52,179 nucleotides of DNA from Nemertoderma westbladi (lineage: Eukaryota; Animalia; Xenacoelomorpha): NCBI GenBank assembly GCA_032718475.1, contig JAUCBJ010002212.1, positions 1 through 52,179 on the forward strand, given 5' to 3'. Under the pieces are notes generated by a model. The model saw nothing but the letters and a program-made list of their open reading frames with translations. It made no database searches and had not been told where the DNA came from. Shown here piece after piece: positions 11,301 to 26,300 of the stretch. Position numbers and translations under genes: made by a program. Each line of letters begins with the position of its first letter. The first letter of the stretch is position 1.

Positions 11301-14300
11301 AACTCACTCTTATCCAACCAAATAATTGAGGGAGAGGTCACCTAACCACACAACTCACTCTTATCCAACCAAATAATTGAGGGAGAGGTCACCTAACCAC
11401 ACAACTCACTCTTATCCAACCAAATAATTGAGGGAGAGGTCACCTAACCACACAACTCACTCTTATCCAACCAAATAATTGAGGGAGAGGTCACCTAACC
11501 ACACAACTCACTCTTATCCAACCAAATAATTGAGGGAGAGGTCACCTAACCACACAACTCACTCTTATCCAACCAAATAATTGAGGGAGAGGTCACCTAA
11601 CCACACAACTCACTCTTATCCAACCAAATAATTGAGGGAGAGGTCACCTAACCACACAACTCACTCTTATCCAACCAAATAATTGAGGGAGAGGTCACCT
11701 AACCACACAACTCACTCTTATCCAACCAAATAATTGAGGGAGAGGTCACCTAACCACACAACTCACTCTTATCCAACCAAATAATTGAGGGAGAGGTCAC
11801 CTAACCACACAACTCACTCTTATCCAACCAAATAATTGAGGGAGAGGTCACCTAACCACACAACTCACTCTTATCCAACCAAATAATTGAGGGAGAGGTC
11901 ACCTAACCACACAACTCACTCTTATCCAACCAAATAATTGAGGGAGAGGTCACCTAACCACACAACTCACTCTTATCCAACCAAATAATTGAGGGAGAGG
12001 TCACCTAACCACACAACTCACTCTTATCCAACCAAATAATTGAGGGAGAGGTCACCTAACCACACAACTCACTCTTATCCAACCAAATAATTGAGGGAGA
12101 GGTCACCTAACCACACAACTCACTCTTATCCAACCAAATAATTGAGGGAGAGGTCACCTAACCACACAACTCACTCTTATCCAACCAAATAATTGAGGGA
12201 GAGGTCACCTAACCACACAACTCACTCTTATCCAACCAAATAATTGAGGGAGAGGTCACCTAACCACACAACTCACTCTTATCCAACCAAATAATTGAGG
12301 GAGAGGTCACCTAACCACACAACTCACTCTTATCCAACCAAATAATTGAGGGAGAGGTCACCTAACCACACAACTCACTCTTATCCAACCAAATAATTGA
12401 GGGAGAGGTCACCTAACCACACAACTCACTCTTATCCAACCAAATAATTGAGGGAGAGGTCACCTAACCACACAACTCACTCTTATCCAACCAAATAATT
12501 GAGGGAGAGGTCACCTAACCACACAACTCACTCTTATCCAACCAAATAATTGAGGGAGAGGTCACCTAACCACACAACTCACTCTTATCCAACCAAATAA
12601 TTGAGGGAGAGGTCACCTAACCACACAACTCACTCTTATCCAACCAAATAATTGAGGGAGAGGTCACCTAACCACACAACTCACTCTTATCCAACCAAAT
12701 AATTGAGGGAGAGGTCACCTAACCACACAACTCACTCTTATCCAACCAAATAATTGAGGGAGAGGTCACCTAACCACACAACTCACTCTTATCCAACCAA
12801 ATAATTGAGGGAGAGGTCACCTAACCACACAACTCACTCTTATCCAACCAAATAATTGAGGGAGAGGTCACCTAACCACACAACTCACTCTTATCCAACC
12901 AAATAATTGAGGGAGAGGTCACCTAACCACACAACTCACTCTTATCCAACCAAATAATTGAGGGAGAGGTCACCTAACCACACAACTCACTCTTATCCAA
13001 CCAAATAATTGAGGGAGAGGTCACCTAACCACACAACTCACTCTTATCCAACCAAATAATTGAGGGAGAGGTCACCTAACCACACAACTCACTCTTATCC
13101 AACCAAATAATTGAGGGAGAGGTCACCTAACCACACAACTCACTCTTATCCAACCAAATAATTGAGGGAGAGGTCACCTAACCACACAACTCACTCTTAT
13201 CCAACCAAATAATTGAGGGAGAGGTCACCTAACCACACAACTCACTCTTATCCAACCAAATAATTGAGGGAGAGGTCACCTAACCACACAACTCACTCTT
13301 ATCCAACCAAATAATTGAGGGAGAGGTCACCTAACCACACAACTCACTCTTATCCAACCAAATAATTGAGGGAGAGGTCACCTAACCACACAACTCACTC
13401 TTATCCAACCAAATAATTGAGGGAGAGGTCACCTAACCACACAACTCACTCTTATCCAACCAAATAATTGAGGGAGAGGTCACCTAACCACACAACTCAC
13501 TCTTATCCAACCAAATAATTGAGGGAGAGGTCACCTAACCACACAACTCACTCTTATCCAACCAAATAATTGAGGGAGAGGTCACCTAACCACACAACTC
13601 ACTCTTATCCAACCAAATAATTGAGGGAGAGGTCACCTAACCACACAACTCACTCTTATCCAACCAAATAATTGAGGGAGAGGTCACCTAACCACACAAC
13701 TCACTCTTATCCAACCAAATAATTGAGGGAGAGGTCACCTAACCACACAACTCACTCTTATCCAACCAAATAATTGAGGGAGAGGTCACCTAACCACACA
13801 ACTCACTCTTATCCAACCAAATAATTGAGGGAGAGGTCACCTAACCACACAACTCACTCTTATCCAACCAAATAATTGAGGGAGAGGTCACCTAACCACA
13901 CAACTCACTCTTATCCAACCAAATAATTGAGGGAGAGGTCACCTAACCACACAACTCACTCTTATCCAACCAAATAATTGAGGGAGAGGTCACCTAACCA
14001 CACAACTCACTCTTATCCAACCAAATAATTGAGGGAGAGGTCACCTAACCACACAACTCACTCTTATCCAACCAAATAATTGAGGGAGAGGTCACCTAAC
14101 CACACAACTCACTCTTATCCAACCAAATAATTGAGGGAGAGGTCACCTAACCACACAACTCACTCTTATCCAACCAAATAATTGAGGGAGAGGTCACCTA
14201 ACCACACAACTCACTCTTATCCAACCAAATAATTGAGGGAGAGGTCACCTAACCACACAACTCACTCTTATCCAACCAAATAATTGAGGGAGAGGTCACC

Positions 14301-17300
14301 TAACCACACAACTCACTCTTATCCAACCAAATAATTGAGGGAGAGGTCACCTAACCACACAACTCACTCTTATCCAACCAAATAATTGAGGGAGAGGTCA
14401 CCTAACCACACAACTCACTCTTATCCAACCAAATAATTGAGGGAGAGGTCACCTAACCACACAACTCACTCTTATCCAACCAAATAATTGAGGGAGAGGT
14501 CACCTAACCACACAACTCACTCTTATCCAACCAAATAATTGAGGGAGAGGTCACCTAACCACACAACTCACTCTTATCCAACCAAATAATTGAGGGAGAG
14601 GTCACCTAACCACACAACTCACTCTTATCCAACCAAATAATTGAGGGAGAGGTCACCTAACCACACAACTCACTCTTATCCAACCAAATAATTGAGGGAG
14701 AGGTCACCTAACCACACAACTCACTCTTATCCAACCAAATAATTGAGGGAGAGGTCACCTAACCACACAACTCACTCTTATCCAACCAAATAATTGAGGG
14801 AGAGGTCACCTAACCACACAACTCACTCTTATCCAACCAAATAATTGAGGGAGAGGTCACCTAACCACACAACTCACTCTTATCCAACCAAATAATTGAG
14901 GGAGAGGTCACCTAACCACACAACTCACTCTTATCCAACCAAATAATTGAGGGAGAGGTCACCTAACCACACAACTCACTCTTATCCAACCAAATAATTG
15001 AGGGAGAGGTCACCTAACCACACAACTCACTCTTATCCAACCAAATAATTGAGGGAGAGGTCACCTAACCACACAACTCACTCTTATCCAACCAAATAAT
15101 TGAGGGAGAGGTCACCTAACCACACAACTCACTCTTATCCAACCAAATAATTGAGGGAGAGGTCACCTAACCACACAACTCACTCTTATCCAACCAAATA
15201 ATTGAGGGAGAGGTCACCTAACCACACAACTCACTCTTATCCAACCAAATAATTGAGGGAGAGGTCACCTAACCACACAACTCACTCTTATCCAACCAAA
15301 TAATTGAGGGAGAGGTCACCTAACCACACAACTCACTCTTATCCAACCAAATAATTGAGGGAGAGGTCACCTAACCACACAACTCACTCTTATCCAACCA
15401 AATAATTGAGGGAGAGGTCACCTAACCACACAACTCACTCTTATCCAACCAAATAATTGAGGGAGAGGTCACCTAACCACACAACTCACTCTTATCCAAC
15501 CAAATAATTGAGGGAGAGGTCACCTAACCACACAACTCACTCTTATCCAACCAAATAATTGAGGGAGAGGTCACCTAACCACACAACTCACTCTTATCCA
15601 ACCAAATAATTGAGGGAGAGGTCACCTAACCACACAACTCACTCTTATCCAACCAAATAATTGAGGGAGAGGTCACCTAACCACACAACTCACTCTTATC
15701 CAACCAAATAATTGAGGGAGAGGTCACCTAACCACACAACTCACTCTTATCCAACCAAATAATTGAGGGAGAGGTCACCTAACCACACAACTCACTCTTA
15801 TCCAACCAAATAATTGAGGGAGAGGTCACCTAACCACACAACTCACTCTTATCCAACCAAATAATTGAGGGAGAGGTCACCTAACCACACAACTCACTCT
15901 TATCCAACCAAATAATTGAGGGAGAGGTCACCTAACCACACAACTCACTCTTATCCAACCAAATAATTGAGGGAGAGGTCACCTAACCACACAACTCACT
16001 CTTATCCAACCAAATAATTGAGGGAGAGGTCACCTAACCACACAACTCACTCTTATCCAACCAAATAATTGAGGGAGAGGTCACCTAACCACACAACTCA
16101 CTCTTATCCAACCAAATAATTGAGGGAGAGGTCACCTAACCACACAACTCACTCTTATCCAACCAAATAATTGAGGGAGAGGTCACCTAACCACACAACT
16201 CACTCTTATCCAACCAAATAATTGAGGGAGAGGTCACCTAACCACACAACTCACTCTTATCCAACCAAATAATTGAGGGAGAGGTCACCTAACCACACAA
16301 CTCACTCTTATCCAACCAAATAATTGAGGGAGAGGTCACCTAACCACACAACTCACTCTTATCCAACCAAATAATTGAGGGAGAGGTCACCTAACCACAC
16401 AACTCACTCTTATCCAACCAAATAATTGAGGGAGAGGTCACCTAACCACACAACTCACTCTTATCCAACCAAATAATTGAGGGAGAGGTCACCTAACCAC
16501 ACAACTCACTCTTATCCAACCAAATAATTGAGGGAGAGGTCACCTAACCACACAACTCACTCTTATCCAACCAAATAATTGAGGGAGAGGTCACCTAACC
16601 ACACAACTCACTCTTATCCAACCAAATAATTGAGGGAGAGGTCACCTAACCACACAACTCACTCTTATCCAACCAAATAATTGAGGGAGAGGTCACCTAA
16701 CCACACAACTCACTCTTATCCAACCAAATAATTGAGGGAGAGGTCACCTAACCACACAACTCACTCTTATCCAACCAAATAATTGAGGGAGAGGTCACCT
16801 AACCACACAACTCACTCTTATCCAACCAAATAATTGAGGGAGAGGTCACCTAACCACACAACTCACTCTTATCCAACCAAATAATTGAGGGAGAGGTCAC
16901 CTAACCACACAACTCACTCTTATCCAACCAAATAATTGAGGGAGAGGTCACCTAACCACACAACTCACTCTTATCCAACCAAATAATTGAGGGAGAGGTC
17001 ACCTAACCACACAACTCACTCTTATCCAACCAAATAATTGAGGGAGAGGTCACCTAACCACACAACTCACTCTTATCCAACCAAATAATTGAGGGAGAGG
17101 TCACCTAACCACACAACTCACTCTTATCCAACCAAATAATTGAGGGAGAGGTCACCTAACCACACAACTCACTCTTATCCAACCAAATAATTGAGGGAGA
17201 GGTCACCTAACCACACAACTCACTCTTATCCAACCAAATAATTGAGGGAGAGGTCACCTAACCACACAACTCACTCTTATCCAACCAAATAATTGAGGGA

Positions 17301-20300
17301 GAGGTCACCTAACCACACAACTCACTCTTATCCAACCAAATAATTGAGGGAGAGGTCACCTAACCACACAACTCACTCTTATCCAACCAAATAATTGAGG
17401 GAGAGGTCACCTAACCACACAACTCACTCTTATCCAACCAAATAATTGAGGGAGAGGTCACCTAACCACACAACTCACTCTTATCCAACCAAATAATTGA
17501 GGGAGAGGTCACCTAACCACACAACTCACTCTTATCCAACCAAATAATTGAGGGAGAGGTCACCTAACCACACAACTCACTCTTATCCAACCAAATAATT
17601 GAGGGAGAGGTCACCTAACCACACAACTCACTCTTATCCAACCAAATAATTGAGGGAGAGGTCACCTAACCACACAACTCACTCTTATCCAACCAAATAA
17701 TTGAGGGAGAGGTCACCTAACCACACAACTCACTCTTATCCAACCAAATAATTGAGGGAGAGGTCACCTAACCACACAACTCACTCTTATCCAACCAAAT
17801 AATTGAGGGAGAGGTCACCTAACCACACAACTCACTCTTATCCAACCAAATAATCGAGGGAGAGGTCACCTAACCACACAACTCACTCTTATCCAACCAA
17901 ATAATTGAGGGAGAGGTCACCTAACCACACAACTCACTCTTATCCAACCAAATAATTGAGGGAGAGGTCACCTAACCACACAACTCACTCTTATCCAACC
18001 AAATAATTGAGGGAGAGGTCACCTAACCACACAACTCACTCTTATCCAACCAAATAATTGAGGGAGAGGTCACCTAACCACACAACTCACTCTTATCCAA
18101 CCAAATAATTGAGGGAGAGGTCACCTAACCACACAACTCACTCTTATCCAACCAAATAATCGAGGGGAGAGGTCACCTAACCACACAACTCACTCTTATC
18201 CAACCAAATAATTGAGGGAGAGGTCACCTAACCACACAACTCACTCTTATCCAACCAAATAATTGAGGGAGAGGTCACCTAACCACACAACTCACTCTTA
18301 TCCAACCAAATAATTGAGGGAGAGGTCACCTAACCACACAACTCACTCTTATCCAACCAAATAATTGAGGGAGAGGTCACCTAACCACACAACTCACTCT
18401 TATCCAACCAAATAATTGAGGGAGAGGTCACCTAACCACACAACTCACTCTTATCCAACCAAATTGAGGAGAGGTCACCTAACCACACAACTCACTCTTA
18501 TCCAACCAAATAATTGAGGGAGAGGTCACCTAACCACACAACTCACTCTTATCCAACCAAATAATTGAGGGAGAGGTCACCTAACCACACAACTCACTCT
18601 TATCCAACCAAATAATTGAGGGAGAGGTCACCTAACCACACAACTCACTCTTATCCAACCAAATAATTGAGGGAGAGGTCACCTAACCACACAACTCACT
18701 CTTATCCAACCAAATAATTGAGGGAGAGGTCACCTAACCACACAACTCACTCTTATCCAACCAAATAATTGAGGGAGAGGTCACCTAACCACACAACTCA
18801 CTCTTATCCAACCAAATAATTGAGGGAGAGGTCACCTAACCACACAACTCACTCTTATCCAACCAAATAATTGAGGGAGAGGTCACCTAACCACACAACT
18901 CACTCTTATCCAACCAAATAATTGAGGGAGAGGTCACCTAACCACACAACTCACTCTTATCCAACCAAATAATTGAGGGAGAGGTCACCTAACCACACAA
19001 CTCACTCTTATCCAACCAAATAATTGAGGGAGAGGTCACCTAACCACACAACTCACTCTTATCCAACCAATAATTGAGGGAGAGGTCACCTAACCACACA
19101 ACTCACTCTTATCCAACCAAATAATTGAGGGAGAGGTCACCTAACCACACAACTCACTCTTATCCAACCAAATAATTGAGGGAGAGGTCACCTAACCACA
19201 CAACTCACTCTTATCCAACCAAATAATTGAGGGAGAGGTCACCTAACCACACAACTCACTCTTATCCAACCAAATAATTGAGGGAGAGGTCACCTAACCA
19301 CACAACTCACTCTTATCCAACCAAATAATTGAGGGAGAGGTCACCTAACCACACAACTCACTCTTATCCAACCAAATAATTGAGGGAGAGGTCACCTAAC
19401 CACACAACTCACTCTTATCCAACCAAATAATTGAGGGAGAGGTCACCTAACCACACAACTCACTCTTATCCAACCAAATAATTGAGGGAGAGGTCACCTA
19501 ACCACACAACTCACTCTTATCCAACCAAATAATTGAGGGAGAGGTCACCTAACCACACAACTCACTCTTATCCAACCAAATAATTGAGGGAGAGGTCACC
19601 TAACCACACAACTCACTCTTATCCAACCAAATAATTGAGGGAGAGGTCACCTAACCACACAACTCACTCTTATCCAACCAAATAATTGAGGGAGAGGTCA
19701 CCTAACCACACAACTCACTCTTATCCAACCAAATAATTGAGGGAGAGGTCACCTAACCACACAACTCACTCTTATCCAACCAAATAATTGAGGGAGAGGT
19801 CACCTAACCACACAACTCACTCTTATCCAACCAAATAATTGAGGGAGAGGTCACCTAACCACACAACTCACTCTTATCCAACCAAATAATTGAGGGAGAG
19901 GTCACCTAACCACACAACTCACTCTTATCCAACCAAATAATTGAGGGAGAGGTCACCTAACCACACAACTCACTCTTATCCAACCAAATAATTGAGGGAG
20001 AGGTCACCTAACCACACAACTCACTCTTATCCAACCAAATAATTGAGGGAGAGGTCACCTAACCACACAACTCACTCTTATCCAACCAAATAATTGAGGG
20101 AGAGGTCACCTAACCACACAACTCACTCTTATCCAACCAAATAATTGAGGGAGAGGTCACCTAACCACACAACTCACTCTTATCCAACCAAATAATTGAG
20201 GGAGAGGTCACCTAACCACACAACTCACTCTTATCCAACCAAATAATTGAGGGAGAGGTCACCTAACCACACAACTCACTCTTATCCAACCAAATAATTG

Positions 20301-23300
20301 AGGGAGAGGTCACCTAACCACACAACTCACTCTTATCCAACCAAATAATTGAGGGAGAGGTCACCTAACCACACAACTCACTCTTATCCAACCAAATAAT
20401 TGAGGGAGAGGTCACCTAACCACACAACTCACTCTTATCCAACCAAATAATTGAGGGAGAGGTCACCTAACCACACAACTCACTCTTATCCAACCAAATA
20501 ATTGAGGGAGAGGTCACCTAACCACACAACTCACTCTTATCCAACCAAATAATTGAGGGAGAGGTCACCTAACCACACAACTCACTCTTATCCAACCAAA
20601 TAATTGAGGGAGAGGTCACCTAACCACACAACTCACTCTTATCCAACCAAATAATTGAGGGAGAGGTCACCTAACCACACAACTCACTCTTATCCAACCA
20701 AATAATTGAGGGAGAGGTCACCTAACCACACAACTCACTCTTATCCAACCAAATAATTGAGGGAGAGGTCACCTAACCACACAACTCACTCTTATCCAAC
20801 CAAATAATTGAGGGAGAGGTCACCTAACCACACAACTCACTCTTATCCAACCAAATAATTGAGGGAGAGGTCACCTAACCACACAACTCACTCTTATCCA
20901 ACCAAATAATTGAGGGAGAGGTCACCTAACCACACAACTCACTCTTATCCAACCAAATAATTGAGGGAGAGGTCACCTAACCACACAACTCACTCTTATC
21001 CAACCAAATAATTGAGGGAGAGGTCACCTAACCACACAACTCACTCTTATCCAACCAAATAATTGAGGGAGAGGTCACCTAACCACACAACTCACTCTTA
21101 TCCAACCAAATAATTGAGGGAGAGGTCACCTAACCACACAACTCACTCTTATCCAACCAAATAATTGAGGGAGAGGTCACCTAACCACACAACTCACTCT
21201 TATCCAACCAAATAATTGAGGGAGAGGTCACCTAACCACACAACTCACTCTTATCCAACCAAATAATTGAGGGAGAGGTCACCTAACCACACAACTCACT
21301 CTTATCCAACCAAATAATTGAGGGAGAGGTCACCTAACCACACAACTCACTCTTATCCAACCAAATAATTGAGGGAGAGGTCACCTAACCACACAACTCA
21401 CTCTTATCCAACCAAATAATTGAGGGAGAGGTCACCTAACCACACAACTCACTCTTATCCAACCAAATAATTGAGGGAGAGGTCACCTAACCACACAACT
21501 CACTCTTATCCAACCAAATAATTGAGGGAGAGGTCACCTAACCACACAACTCACTCTTATCCAACCAAATAATTGAGGGAGAGGTCACCTAACCACACAA
21601 CTCACTCTTATCCAACCAAATAATTGAGGGAGAGGTCACCTAACCACACAACTCACTCTTATCCAACCAAATAATTGAGGGAGAGGTCACCTAACCACAC
21701 AACTCACTCTTATCCAACCAAATAATTGAGGGAGAGGTCACCTAACCACACAACTCACTCTTATCCAACCAAATAATTGAGGGAGAGGTCACCTAACCAC
21801 ACAACTCACTCTTATCCAACCAAATAATTGAGGGAGAGGTCACCTAACCACACAACTCACTCTTATCCAACCAAATAATTGAGGGAGAGGTCACCTAACC
21901 ACACAACTCACTCTTATCCAACCAAATAATTGAGGGAGAGGTCACCTAACCACACAACTCACTCTTATCCAACCAAATAATTGAGGGAGAGGTCACCTAA
22001 CCACACAACTCACTCTTATCCAACCAAATAATTGAGGGAGAGGTCACCTAACCACACAACTCACTCTTATCCAACCAAATAATTGAGGGAGAGGTCACCT
22101 AACCACACAACTCACTCTTATCCAACCAAATAATTGAGGGAGAGGTCACCTAACCACACAACTCACTCTTATCCAACCAAATAATTGAGGGAGAGGTCAC
22201 CTAACCACACAACTCACTCTTATCCAACCAAATAATTGAGGGAGAGGTCACCTAACCACACAACTCACTCTTATCCAACCAAATAATTGAGGGAGAGGTC
22301 ACCTAACCACACAACTCACTCTTATCCAACCAAATTGAGGGAGAGGTCACCTAACCACACAACTCACTCTTATCCAACCAAATAATTGAGGGAGAGGTCA
22401 CCTAACCACACAACTCACTCTTATCCAACCAAATAATTGAGGGAGAGGTCACCTAACCACACAACTCACTCTTATCCAACCAAATAATTGAGGGAGAGGT
22501 CACCTAACCACACAACTCACTCTTATCCAACCAAATAATTGAGGGAGAGGTCACCTAACCACACAACTCACTCTTATCCAACCACAATTGAGGGAGAGGT
22601 CACCTAACCACACAACTCACTCTTATCCAACCAAATAATTGAGGGAGAGGTCACCTAACCACACAACTCACTCTTATCCAACCAAATAATTGAGGGAGAG
22701 GTCACCTAACCACACAACTCACTCTTATCCAACCAAATAATTGAGGGAGAGGTCACCTAACCACACAACTCACTCTTATCCAACCAAATAATTGAGGGAG
22801 AGGTCACCTAACCACACAACTCACTCTTATCCAACCAAATAATTGAGGGAGAGGTCACCTAACCACACAACTCACTCTTATCCAACCAAATAATTGAGGG
22901 AGAGGTCACCTAACCACACAACTCACTCTTATCCAACCAAATTGAGGGAGAGGTCACCTAACCACACAACTCACTCTTATCCAACCAAATAATTGAGGGA
23001 GAGGTCACCTAACCACACAACTCACTCTTATCCAACCAAATAATTGAGGGAGAGGTCACCTAACCACACAACTCACTCTTATCCAACCAATAATTGAGGG
23101 AGAGGTCACCTAACCACACAACTCACTCTTATCCAACCAAATAATTGAGGGAGAGGTCACCTAACCACACAACTCACTCTTATCCAACCACATTGAGGGA
23201 GAGGTCACCTAACCACACAACTCACTCTTATCCAACCATAATTGAGGGAGAGGTCACCTAACCACACAACTCACTCTTATCCAACCAAATAATTGAGGGA

Positions 23301-26300
23301 GAGGTCACCTAACCACACAACTCACTCTTATCCAACCAAATAATTGAGGGAGAGGTCACCTAACCACACAACTCACTCTTATCCAACCACATTGAGGGAG
23401 AGGTCACCTAACCACACAACTCACTCTTATCCAACCAAATTGAGGGAGAGGTCACCTAACCACACAACTCACTCTTATCCAACCAAATAATTGAGGGAGA
23501 GGTCACCTAACCACACAACTCACTCTTATCCAACCAAATAATTGAGGGAGAGGTCACCTAACCACACAACTCACTCTTATCCAACCAAATTGAGGGAGAG
23601 GTCACCTAACCACACAACTCACTCTTATCCAACCAAATAATTGAGGGAGAGGTCACCTAACCACACAACTCACTCTTATCCAACCATCATTGAGGGAGAG
23701 GTCACCTAACCACACAACTCACTCTTATCCAACCAAATAATTGAGGGAGAGGTCACCTAACCACACAACTCACTCTTATCCAACCAAATAATTGAGGGAG
23801 AGGTCACCTAACCACACAACTCACTCTTATCCAACCAATAATTGAGGGAGAGGTCACCTAACCACACAACTCACTCTTATCCAACCAAATAATTGAGGGA
23901 GAGGTCACCTAACCACACAACTCACTCTTATCCAACCAAATAATTGAGGGAGAGGTCACCTAACCACACAACTCACTCTTATCCAACCAAATTTGAGGGA
24001 GAGGTCACCTAACCACACAACTCACTCTTATCCAACCAAATAATTGAGGGAGAGGTCACCTAACCACACAACTCACTCTTATCCAACCAAATAATTGAGG
24101 GAGAGGTCACCTAACCACACAACTCACTCTTATCCAACCAAATAATTGAGGGAGAGGTCACCTAACCACACAACTCACTCTTATCCAACCAAATAATTGA
24201 GGGAGAGGTCACCTAACCACACAACTCACTCTTATCCAACCAACTAATTGAGGGAGAGGTCACCTAACCACACAACTCACTCTTATCCAACCAAATAATT
24301 GAGGGAGAGGTCACCTAACCACACAACTCACTCTTATCCAACCAAATTGAGGGAGAGGTCACCTAACCACACAACTCACTCTTATCCAACCAAATAATTG
24401 AGGGAGAGGTCACCTAACCACACAACTCACTCTTATCCAACCAAATAATTGAGGGAGAGGTCACCTAACCACACAACTCACTCTTATCCAACCAAATAAT
24501 TGAGGGAGAGGTCACCTAACCACACAACTCACTCTTATCCAACCAAATAATTGAGGGAGAGGTCACCTAACCACACAACTCACTCTTATCCAACCAAATA
24601 ATTGAGGGAGAGGTCACCTAACCACACAACTCACTCTTATCCAACCAAATTGAGGGAGAGGTCACCTAACCACACAACTCACTCTTATCCAACCAAATAA
24701 TTGAGGGAGAGGTCACCTAACCACACAACTCACTCTTATCCAACCAAATAATTGAGGGAGAGGTCACCTAACCACACAACTCACTCTTATCCAACCAAAT
24801 AATTGAGGGAGAGGTCACCTAACCACACAACTCACTCTTATCCAACCATAATTGAGGGAGAGGTCACCTAACCACACAACTCACTCTTATCCAACCACAT
24901 TGAGGGAGAGGTCACCTAACCACACAACTCACTCTTATCCAACCAAATAATTGAGGGAGAGGTCACCTAACCACACAACTCACTCTTATCCAACCAAATA
25001 ATTGAGGGAGAGGTCACCTAACCACACAACTCACTCTTATCCAACCACAATTGAGGGAGAGGTCACCTAACCACACAACTCACTCTTATCCAACCAAATA
25101 ATTGAGGGAGAGGTCACCTAACCACACAACTCACTCTTATCCAACCAAATAATTGAGGGAGAGGTCACCTAACCACACAACTCACTCTTATCCAACCAAA
25201 TAATTGAGGGAGAGGTCACCTAACCACACAACTCACTCTTATCCAACCAAATAATTGAGGGAGAGGTCACCTAACCACACAACTCACTCTTATCCAACCA
25301 CATTGAGGGAGAGGTCACCTAACCACACAACTCACTCTTATCCAACCACATTGAGGAGAGGTCACCTAACCACACAACTCACTCTTATCCAACCACTAAT
25401 TGAGGGAGAGGTCACCTAACCACACAACTCACTCTTATCCAACCACATTGAGGGAGAGGTCACCTAACCACACAACTCACTCTTATCCAACCAAATTGAG
25501 GGAGAGGTCACCTAACCACACAACTCACTCTTATCCAACCAAATAATTGAGGGAGAGGTCACCTAACCACACAACTCACTCTTATCCAACCAAATAATTG
25601 AGGGAGAGGTCACCTAACCACACAACTCACTCTTATCCAACCAAATAATTGAGGGAGAGGTCACCTAACCACACAACTCACTCTTATCCAACCAAATAAT
25701 TGAGGGAGAGGTCACCTAACCACACAACTCACTCTTATCCAACCACAATTGAGGGAGAGGTCACCTAACCACACAACTCACTCTTATCCAACCAAATTGA
25801 GGGAGAGGTCACCTAACCACACAACTCACTCTTATCCAACCACATAATTGAGGGAGAGGTCACCTAACCACACAACTCACTCTTATCCAACCAAATATTG
25901 AGGGAGAGGTCACCTAACCACACAACTCACTCTTATCCAACCAATAATTGAGGGAGAGGTCACCTAACCACACAACTCACTCTTATCCAACCAAATAATT
26001 GAGGGAGAGGTCACCTAACCACACAACTCACTCTTATCCAACCAAATAATTGAGGGAGAGGTCACCTAACCACACAACTCACTCTTATCCAACCAAATAA
26101 TTGAGGGAGAGGTCACCTAACCACACAACTCACTCTTATCCAACCAAATAATTGAGGGAGAGGTCACCTAACCACACAACTCACTCTTATCCAACCAAAT
26201 AATTGAGGGAGAGGTCACCTAACCACACAACTCACTCTTATCCAACCAAATAATTGAGGGAGAGGTCACCTAACCACACAACTCACTCTTATCCAACCAA

